64,000 nt of DNA, taken from NCBI RefSeq assembly GCF_009914755.1, contig NC_060925.1, one strand, 5' to 3'. Shown here in pieces: positions 54,430-64,000 of the stretch. The DNA is from the human T2T-CHM13v2.0 reference genome, Homo sapiens. Each line of letters opens with the position of its first letter. Position 1 is the stretch's first letter. The position numbers and the translations under genes were made by a program. Under the pieces are notes generated by a model. It made no database searches and was not told where the DNA came from. It saw only the letters and a program-made list of their open reading frames with translations.

Positions 54430-54892
54430 GGTGAATAGAGGTCCTCCAAGAAACAGCTACTGTAACAGGATTAGATATGAAAGAGATTTATTGGGGAGAA
54501 CTGCTGTGAGGAAAAAAGAAGAGGAAGCTGGGGGAGGCTGGGAAATTTGTCAGATCACCATGCAGGTTTAATCCTTGTGAAGGAGAGAGGGAAGGAATGA
54601 AGGTTAGATATGAAAAAGTGTTACATTACACTGTGGTGCAGTTTTAAGAATGTTTCAAACAGCCAATCGGGAATCTTCCAAAGATCGCCCACCAGAGGGA
54701 GCTTTGTATCTCTCAGGAAGTGGCTGCGTTAATATCCTTGCTGAACTCAGTTGTTCGCTGGGAGCAACCCTTAGCAGTATGGACTTCCTAGTCAAACTCA
54801 GAGATGGATTTCAGAGCCCAGAAGCCAGGGCCCTTGGTCAGTTACAATCCTTGCAGTTAGATTTCAGAGCCCACATTTTCATGGTGACCACA
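54430..54892 (-). mobile_element. LTR16A (ERVL) solo LTR
   Basis: gtcctccaagaaacag...ggattagatatgaaagagatttattgggg...tgtgaaggagagagggaagg...gatggatttcagag...cattttcatggtgaccaca. Confidence 0.8.
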
Positions 54893-57329
54893 GTGGCTTG
54901 AAACCCTTGAGGCAGTAGGGAATGTCCTTTATTCCCTCTACAGTCTTGCATCTAAACATATTTTAAATACAAAAAGCTCTCTTTAAATAATGAAACTATA
55001 GAAAGTGCATGGAAACCTTAAAACCATTTGAAATTATTTAGAATCCTAGGTAAGCTTCAATTGTTAGCTAATTCTGACATGATAGAGAAAAATAAAATAC
55101 TTAAGTGAACAAAATTAAAACACTACAGGAAACTGTGGGCACAAATATGTTTCAAAGAAAAATCAAAGGTATCTTTTTGGCTTGGAAGTTTCTAATGAGT
55201 AGATGTTCTACTAAGGTCATAGTTTTTTGGATCTTACAGTTTAAATTCGAATGGCTTCCTCAGAAGAATCACATTTGACAAATTGTTGATGCTGCATATC
55301 TTGTGAGAAAGAACATGTAAGTCTGTTGTATAGAATAGAGCATATCTAATTTATAGGAGTTTTAAATGACAAGCCTTTTCTAAATTCCAAAAGGCTTTAA
55401 AAATTTGCATTCCTATAAATAAACCAGTCTTTCTTAGAAGCAACCTTAACTCTAATAAATAAATAAAACCCAATCGTTATTTCATATAACATTTTTCATG
55501 CCAGAAAGAAATGATTCAAGATAATATATGGCATAACTTATAGAAGGCAGTGCTATTAAAAACATGTGATTGGTTTCCCTGCTCAATCCCACTCTAGTTC
55601 CCAGCCCCTGCATTTGTCCATGAGCTCACTACTTCTCTCTGGATATTTTCTCATGGGCTTCATCTTGTTGAAAAAGGCCTTTGCATTTCCTCCCCACCCA
55701 TAGTAATCCATTACTTCCTTGAAGATACCTTGAATTGGGAAGGACTACTCTTTTCCAAGAAGTATTTCGTAAAGAACTATTCTCTCAATTATCTCTTAGA
55801 GACTACAAAAGTAATATGAAGTATTGTCATTAAGTATTTGCATTCCTTTAGCACCTATATAAGTATACTCTACACTCTACTAGGTACTCTCTTACATGTT
55901 GTCTTTTCCTTAAGATCTTGTCTCACGTATTAAATAGAAAAGACTTCAGGGAAATAGATGATTCTTTTATTCCTTTAGTATTCATAAGCATGTAGTAGAT
56001 CCAAAACAGAGGCTTTTATTTTGTGTTTATTACTTTTTAAAAATCAGACTAAGTGCTTATGATAAGAAAACCCAGGAATTGAAGGTCTTTTCTTCATTGA
56101 ATTTCACTGCCTAGAGGCAGTCTCTTTTAGGCTTTTCTGTTTTTGTTCTTATGGTGAATTTATCTCCATAACCTCTCTTTCAATGAGGAAGTTTTAGACA
56201 ATATGTACTGATTCCCCACTATGAAATATGAGGATCTAATAATGGGTGCAGCATTATTTTCACCAGTTTATCTCCTTTTTTCATTGTTTGATGATTGTTG
56301 TATTAATTTGTCTTCTGTTGATTATTTTCGTAACTTAAAAAAAAGATTTTCTTGATGTCTTGTTCCATCAACATCAGTGAGCACTTAAATTCTCAACATG
56401 AGAATTTTAATGACCCTAAACTTTCTTCTACTTTCCCTTCTCCCATTCCACTGATCATCTCAGTTATTCTTATTTTTATGTTGTTAGGATTCTTAATAGT
56501 TACATTTTGTGCTATAACCATAACCAGGGTTTCATGTTTGATCCATAGGTTGATTCTAAAAGTTAAAATTCAAGTAGACTGGGGTTACTATGACTACATT
56601 GATGTTGGTCATGGATGAAATGAGTAATAGGATTACATTTCCTTCTCTATAGAACTATGGTCTTGACCCTTCAGTCACTCAGAGAGTATTTCCAGCACCA
56701 AAATTAAGTAGATTATTTAAAATGACCTCAAATTGCTTAAAATAATGTCACATTATTTTTTGGCTCATATCTACCTCATATTAATCTCTATACTTTTTTG
56801 TACAGTTTTTTCTTTTCCTCCTTGTTTTGTTATTGACAATGGAATGTATGTTTATCATAGTCTAAAGTTCTTCATCTTCTCAATTACAAAATTGGTTGTA
56901 TATTGTCACCATTTTTCCTGTTTTCTTCCCTCTTGAATTCATGTTGGAGCAAAATTATTTAACAACTAGCGTGACATCATCACTGACCAATCAAGGCAGA
57001 AGTCATTTTTAAACAGCCAACTGGGCATTCCTGTGTGTACACACTAACAGCTCTGCCTAAGCCAGCAGCACAGATGCCACACTAGGTTTCTACCTTTCTG
57101 TTCCTGCAGAATGGCCTAATTATTTCTTGACTCTCCTTACTTCTGTTTTCTCCTTCATCTTTCTAGAATACATCTTCAGCTTCCTCCAAAGAAAAATGTG
57201 GAAAATTAACTTTAAAAGAGTGAAAAGTCTTTTACCTTCATTCTGCATTGATGACTTGGCTTGGAATATAATTCTGGGTAGAAAACAGTATTTCCTTGGC
57301 ATTTTTAAAGCATTACTCCATTGGCTTTT

Positions 57330-57506
57330 ATTTTTCATTTTTAATATTTTTAAAGGTGGGGTCTCTCTCTGTTGCCCAGGCTCGAGTGCAGGGGTGTGAA
57401 CATAACACATTGCAGCCTCAAACTCTTAGCCTCAAGCAGTCCTCCCACCATGGGTTGCAGTCCTACCTGTAGCTGGGACTAGAGGTGCACACCACCATGT
57501 TTGGCT
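57330..57506 (-). mobile_element. FRAM / AluJ right-arm monomer
   Basis: gggtctctctctgttgcccaggctcgagtgcag...tgcagcctcaaactcttagcctcaagcagtcctcccacc...gtagctgggactagaggtgcacaccacc. Confidence 0.75.
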
Positions 57507-57577
57507 TTCAATGGCTTTTGGCCTCCAGTGTTGCTGATGGAAAAGTCTGATGACTTCTGAATTCCTGTTCCTTTGTT

Positions 57578-57578
<1 letters not shown>

Positions 57579-57612
<34 letters not shown>
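57579..57612. repeat. (GT)n microsatellite
   Basis: Directly visible. Confidence 0.95.
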
Positions 57613-57615
<3 letters not shown>

Positions 57616-58399
57616 ACTCTAAACCTTCTTGGATCATTTTTTTGGATTTAACTTTTTAATTTATATCTCCTAAAGATGTATGATGTGTTTCGGTGCTAAC
57701 CTTTTTTTTTTTTTTTTTTCCCTCACTGTTTTGGTTATTCTATAGGGCCTCTCAATCTGAAGGTTAATTTACTTCTTTAGCTGTGGAAATTTTTCTTTTT
57801 TATTTCTGACAATCGCTTATTCTGTGTGTTCTCTGCTCTCTTCTTTGCAACTCTACTAGATGTTCTTTGGATGTCATGGGTTGAATCTCTGTATTATTAA
57901 CCTCTTCTCTCATAAGTGTGTATGTGTGTTTGCATGTCTATCTTTCTTTGAGTTTCTCCTGTATTATTAATTAATTATAATTTTAATACCATTCTCTGTT
58001 TCCAGAATTATTTCTGTTTCCTTCAAGATCAGTTTTCTTTTTGTTTGTCTTGACTTTTCTGAGGCATGCTGTAACTCTTCCTCCAATATCTCATGATTTT
58101 TGGTTATCCATTCTTATATAAGAGTCAAGGTTTGGGAAGTTGGCATGGCTTTTTTTTTTTTTTTTGGCCACTATATAAACACATCATCCTATAACTCTCC
58201 TTTATGAATGAGAAGCCTAATTCAGAGCTCGTTACTGGGCAGGTATTCCCACCTGGCAGGGAAACCTGCCAAAGATCAAACTGCAGGCTGCAAGCCTCAG
58301 GACCACAAATGCCAAAATAAGGAGGTGCCAACACTCATAACAGAAACTTAGGTCATCCCTAGACAGTTTATTTAATTTATTTCACAAACAGTCCTCTGA

Positions 58400-58461
58400 C
58401 TTATTTTATTTTATTTTATTTTATTTTATTTTATTTTATTTTATTTTATTTTATTTATTTT
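58400..58461. repeat. (TTTTA)n pentanucleotide repeat
   Basis: Directly visible. Confidence 0.95.
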
Positions 58462-59191
58462 GGCTGAGAATGAAGGCCAGACTGCCAATCACTTCGAGTA
58501 ATGGAAATGGAAGGGCAATTGTTCTATATAATATGTTCTCTTTCTCTTCCTGTTTTAAGCCCCACATCTCACCCTTACTCTCATGTAACCCTCCAGCCAA
58601 GAGCCTGCAGCCTTTCAGGTTTCTAACCTTCTTACCTTCTCAACAGTCCTCTTATAGCACATTCTGGTGACTGCATTTCTGTTGACCTATCAACATTTCC
58701 ATTTGTTTTCTCCCATAAATGTGTTGAAATCTTATATCTTTGTTGTTATATGTCTATTCCTCTTTGTACTTCCACACAATTATGTACATATAAAACACTG
58801 TTACTTCAGAGCCCCCAGTAGAGTGAGGACATGAATGACCAGCCTCAGTCTGCTATCTTCACCCACAAGTCCCTTAACTGCTCTTGGAATTTATATTTAG
58901 CAGGGATTTTTTTTTCAGAAAAATAATATGATTAGTCTTCTTCTAAAAAAAAAGAAAAATGAATTTGTTTGATTTTGTTTATATTTTGCAAAACTTGATG
59001 GTTATGTTCAAGAGTTTTCAAGATAATTGAGGATTTTGAATCAGTTCACAAATGTGTTAAGAGTTGTCGAATTTTCATGTTGTTGGCACAGAACTGTGAG
59101 GAAATGAACCAATCCTAAATTAAATGTCTACTTTGCCCTGCATTTTCCTCAATTAGATATTAGGCTTAACTTGTGTACTTGGTTAAATGGT

Positions 59192-59258
59192 TATATATAC
59201 ATATATATGTGTATGTGTGTGTATATACCCATAAATATATATATACACACACACACAC
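59192..59258. repeat. (TA)n/(TG)n/(CA)n compound repeat
   Basis: Directly visible. Confidence 0.85.
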
Positions 59259-59269
59259 AAATTTTATTT

Positions 59270-59522
59270 AAAATATGGTCTATGGGCTACTGCATATCAA
59301 TATTTGCTAACTGTCCATGACAATATAAACTTTTACCAGAATGTAAATCAACTAAGTTACTAAGCATACTTTGCAGTTAACATTTTTTCCCAGCAAGACA
59401 TTCCCAATGAAAGAAGGAGTATAATGACTCACATTTTGTCAAAAAAAGATACTGATCCAATCACAGACAGGTAACAGTTTTCAGATCAGCACTAGTCCTC
59501 AGTTCACATCTTGAGAACACTT
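59270..59522. mobile_element. hAT-Charlie-family DNA transposon fragment
   Basis: cattttttcccagcaagacattcccaatgaaagaagg...acaggtaacagtt...cagcactagtcc...cacatcttgagaacact. Confidence 0.5.
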
Positions 59523-60322
59523 GCAGACATCAGTTAGAACAGTGCCTGGCAGAGAAGGCATTGAATAAAGTGCTAGTTGAGTCTGACACGTGGACTTTTT
59601 GGAATAAGTTTGAGAACTATTATGATCATTTACAGATACGATGCTTAATTGTGTATCTCTTTCTTAAAACAATAGGGGAAGTTTCAATCATTTCTCACAG
59701 TGGAAGTTTTGTTTTCTTTCAGTTTGACAAAATCCCATAAACCACTTTGGTTTGTTTAATAGAAAGCAATCATTTAAGTTGCCAATGAGATAATATCCAA
59801 AACTGTTTCAGACCTCTACTTGTTGCCAACCCTTTCCTGTCTGTTCTTTCTCCCTACGAACCTTCATCCTGAGACTTCATGCTAGCTGATTCTAATTAAC
59901 ACCCTGGGATCTGCAAATCTTTATGTGTAAATTGCTAGTGAGGTGGGTAGTGAATTTACTATATCAATATTTGTCTGCTATCATGAGGCCCTCCAGAATT
60001 TAAAAATGATCTCTCCATCTCTACCTGCTGATGAAAGGTAAGACATTTCTGTAACACTACTGAGAAGGTACTACCTCCTGAATATTCACTATTGCATAAT
60101 CAGGCAATGGTCAGTCCCCTTCTGTTGGCCCTCAAAATTCCTTGATTCTCTTCCCAAACACTTTTACCTGAAGAGAAGGCCTGCCCACATTATAGCTCAC
60201 TGTCTGATGCTAATCCACCCTTGGTTCTAGTTAGCTTCAGATCCCAACGATTATATTATAGCACTGTCCTTCAGTCTCATTCAGACCAAATTCCTGGAAT
60301 GGCCTAGTTTCTAAATGGTGCT

Positions 60323-60685
60323 TGTCTTAGACTGTTCAGGCTGCTATAACAAAATACCCTCAGGTAGGTAGCTTATAAACAACAGAAACTTACTTCTTAC
60401 AGCTGGGGAGGCTGGCAAGTCCAAGATAAAGGTGCTGACAGATTCAGTGTTTGGTGAGGGCCCACATTCTGGTTCATAGATGATACCTTCTTACTGTCCT
60501 CACTTGACAGAGGGGGTGAGGAAGCTCTCTGACATCTGTTTTATAAGGGTATCAATGCCATTCATGATGGCTCCACCCTCATGATCTGATCACCTCTCAA
60601 AGGCCCCACTTCCTAATATCATCATTTTGGTGGTTAGGTTTCAACATATAAACTTTGCAGGGACACAAACTTTCAGACCCTAGCA
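60323..60685 (-). mobile_element. MLT1A-type MaLR solo LTR
   Basis: tgtcttagactgttcaggctgctataacaaaatacc...gcttataaacaacagaaa...aagtccaagataaaggtgctgacagattcagtgt...ggacacaaactttcagaccctagca. Confidence 0.88.
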
Positions 60686-61449
60686 AGGCTCTTACCATTT
60701 TTGCCTTTTACTCTGAGAGTAGCACCCAGTCTTTCCCAGAGATAACCTTCCCTCTGATTTCTACCACTCAGTTGATGCAACATTTAAGAGGCTATATACT
60801 AAATTCCAACTTGATTAGAATCTCTAACCTTTTTCAGCCATGAGTGCTCTGTCTCCTTTTGAGACCTACCAGCTCTTCTTTCCTAGGATGCCATGTTGGT
60901 GGAGGGCATCACTTGGGGCAACTCCTAACAGAGCCAGCTCCAGTCCTGCTAAATTTCAACTTGCAAGCTCCACCCTGTCCAATCCTCAGATAAAGAGCAC
61001 CAAACCCACATGGGTTATGTTAGTGCAAATAACCTTGTTAGTTTGTCACTTTATTCATTTTCAATTTTCCAAGTACATATAGAAACATTATTCTTTTGTA
61101 TTTAATGATTACCTTGTAATGAGCAAGTCAGATTAATTGCTGTATTGCCATTTCAAATATGTTAGCCGTATTAGGCCTAGACCATTTCAATAGATCTGAC
61201 CCAGAGACTTGGTATTTTTTATCTTTTCAATCCAATTTACACACTGTTGCCATGTTAGCTTCTTCAGTTTGCCACATGAATCCTCATACTTGTGCTGAAG
61301 AACCTATGGTGGATCCCTATGGCATAACAGATGGAGTTCAAGAACTGCTGCCTGATCATTAAGCCACATCATCAACTCAGCCACTGACTCCTATACCCTA
61401 AGCTGTCTTTCAGTTATTCATTTGCATGCCCTTAATTGTTGCCTCTAAT

Positions 61450-61770
61450 TTTGGCATATTGCTATATCTTTCTTTTGCTTTCTACTGATTCAGTTTTTAT
61501 GCATCTTCTACAGCTCAGTTCAAATGCTGTCTCTTCAGAATAATCTTACTTGATAATCTCAGGCAAATGTTATCTTCCCTTCTTTGGAGCATTCATTTTA
61601 TTTTCTGTCATTTCTACTCATTTGTTAGTATACTTATCTCCTTTTTTGAGTATTAGCTCCTTGAGGGTAGGTGTTACCCCTTTATGCATCAGTGTACCAT
61701 CATAGTGGCTAACACGATCTCTTTCATGTGGATAATACTCAATACCTAGTCACTGAATAAATTATTGATT
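61450..61770 (+). mobile_element. L2 3' fragment
   Basis: cagctcagttcaaatgctgtctcttcaga...tagctccttgagggtagg...atactcaatacctagtcactgaataaa. Confidence 0.6.
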
Positions 61771-62039
61771 GTTACAGAAGAGCAAATAAAGTAACTATTA
61801 TAGTGGCCACTCAATCAAGGTGATTTGTGAGAATTTAAGGAGAACCAACATCAGGAGAATTTGGGCCACTCTTGATGAAGAAAACCTAATTGTGATGATA
61901 CTTGAATATCCCCACTCTCAAGAAAATAATTTACCTAAAAGTATTGATTGGTTTACAGATACCTGCAGAAACCTTTGTTGTATATATGCAATAATGGTAT
62001 TTGGACTAAAGAGGTAAGAAATGATGTTTTATTTGTAAA

Positions 62040-62370
62040 TCTTCAGCAAGTCTATACTTAAGAAAATTGGCCTAATAATTGATTCACTTCATGGAAAATT
62101 AAATAGCCATTAAAAATTATACTTCACAGGTTGCAGTAACATGGAAAATGTTTACATAATGCCAAGCAAAAAAGTAGAACAAAAATTATATATATACTAT
62201 AATCTGACTGTGTTTTTTAAAAAATATGCATAAGAAAAGATTGAGGGAAAGAAAGAATCACCTCCAAAATGTTAACAGGTAAGTGTGCTGGCATAACTAT
62301 GGGTGCTTTTTTCTCCATTACAGTATTTTGCATATTCCAAGTTTACTTTAGTGAGTTTAGTAGACTGATA
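62040..62370 (+). mobile_element. Old L1ME/MC 3' end fragment
   Basis: atagccattaaaaattat...acatggaaaatgtttacataat...ccaaaatgttaacag. Confidence 0.55.
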
Positions 62371-64000
62371 TTAAAAAGTGAAGAATTACAAAGGGAAGGA
62401 AAATGCCTAACAGAATTAACTCTAACTTATTGGTAGCTGTTGATAGATTGATTAGTCCACTGACTTAGAATGATACACAGGGAGGAGTACAGGATTCTAA
62501 ATTTTATTTAGATTAGTCATGGATACATCTCAGTGAATAATTTGTATCTCACTGATTGTCAATCACATGTATAAAAATATTTTTGACCTATATTAAGTTT
62601 TGTGGGACATTTGAGAATTACTAATTTTTCCCCAAAATTGGGTTATTCTACTTGATGCTGTAGGAAAATATGGATTAAACTCAGATACAACTTTGCACAA
62701 CTATCCAGAATAACACGAAGTAGAGTGGATAAGTAATGTCACTCCTTTCTAGAGAATTATGCTCTATAATTTGAGAATACAAGAAAGCCTAACTTCAACC
62801 CATGCTAAGGAGGTGCATTTACTCTGTTGTGTCTAGCTTTTAAATTTGCTTTCACAGATGTTGGATTACATGGTTACTGATGATGAATCATAGGAAAAAT
62901 GAACAGCTAAACAGCCTAATGTACCTTTTTATAAAAGTGAAAGGAAATTAGGTTCCACTTCTGATTGTCATTTTTATTTACGTTAACTTTTTCCCTTTCA
63001 AAGGCTTGTATTCACACAAGGATTATTGAGAGCTAAGATGTGCATGAAAGAATGATCAAATACAACAGAAGTGAGTGCTGAATTTTATGGTAAGAATAAG
63101 GCAGCTTTTTAATATATGAAAATAGTGTTTCTGCATACAATCAGCAATTTTATTTGTGGTGCTTGACATTCAGTGTTAATCCACCAACTCTAAAGCTTAT
63201 TAAAAATGGCAGGAGACACATTGGCAGCATAAAGCAGATCAGAAATTGTCGAAAACAATGAGAGGTTTATGATCAACCATAAAATTGCACTTATTTTAGA
63301 AATCTGACTTTTGCATGGAATCCACAGGTGTAGAATCAATAGCCCACAAATAATGCAGACAATCCCAGCAGTACATTTCAAAGATCTCAAGTTGCAGGAG
63401 GGGGAAAAGAGCCTTCATTTGTTGTTTTTCCCTTTGTTCTCTTTTTATCTTGATGTGTGACACTCGCTCCTCACCGCTATCTCTTGGAATTAGCAATAGA
63501 ATTAACAATAAAAAAATAAATGTCAGTCTTTCTTTCTAAAAGAAGGAAACACATCAAAGAGACTATGAAGAGGCTGTAGGAGATCTGCAGTCGCTTTGTC
63601 ATTTCTGAAGATGTTTGCTACAAATTCCCTTAAGCAGATGTAAAGGCTATGGGAGCTATTTCTATTGTAACTTCTATATCAAATTCATCTAGGAGCCACT
63701 CCTAAACTCTAATTCCGTAATTATCCAGGTGCCATGGGAAAATGAAAACTACTCAATGGTGTAGAAGTGGCTGAAGGTATGGGAGGATCATCTAATTCAG
63801 CGTGGCATTTTTGGTCTGCTACTTGCTAAATGAGTAAGATCTGAGGCCCTCTTTCATATTTCTCAGTAACAACTCTATGCTTTGTAGCATGTCTGACAGA
63901 CAAGTCATTTCACTCCTGCCACCAATGATGAGCTATCCTAGTGATGCCTAAACCTTCTGCTGAAGAAATAGGAACCATGCAAGGAAAAATTAGTAAACTG

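Larger units (their letters stand above)
56100..58130 (-). mobile_element. Old L1M/HAL1-like ORF1 region, interrupted by FRAM and (GT)n
   Basis: Antisense ORF1 motif gacttggcttggaatataattctgggtagaaaa...cattactccattggct//ttggcctccagtgttgctgatggaaaagtctgatg. Confidence 0.6.

Noticed and set aside
58254-58271. 7-bp GC-rich hairpin with a GAAA tetraloop (tggcagg-gaaa-cctgcca)
   Set aside because: A single short stem is expected by chance in 64 kb; no larger structure or context
62276-62284. Perfect donor CAGGTAAGT (another at 6394-6402)
   Set aside because: No convincing upstream acceptor at exon distance; the 62-kb copy lies inside an old L1 fragment

Overview
AT-rich, CpG-poor primate genomic DNA, most likely human or great ape (AluY, AluS, AluJ, L1PA, THE1 and MLT repeats). 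It reads as deep-intronic or intergenic sequence. I found no protein-coding exon I can recognise, and no CpG island, rRNA, tRNA or CRISPR array. The ORF track is mostly chance ORFs or repeat-derived ORFs. What can be supported is a layered transposon record: a full-length THE1 MaLR provirus with a 5-bp TSD and a partly open internal ORF, several solo LTRs, seven dimeric Alus plus FAM and FRAM monomers, two tiny L1PA insertions (one with a twin-priming inversion), old L1M/L2/MIR/MER fragments and a 35-nt 3'-truncated U2 snRNA retrocopy. Observations worth following up are a possible 10-nt U2-templated micro-insertion, a dense palindrome cluster at 6.65-6.88 kb, several candidate non-coding exons, an acceptor-2nt-donor site and two G-quadruplex-type inserts. 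I cannot support a claim of a new biological system. Repeat subfamily calls come from remembered consensus sequences, and the boundaries of old repeats are approximate.
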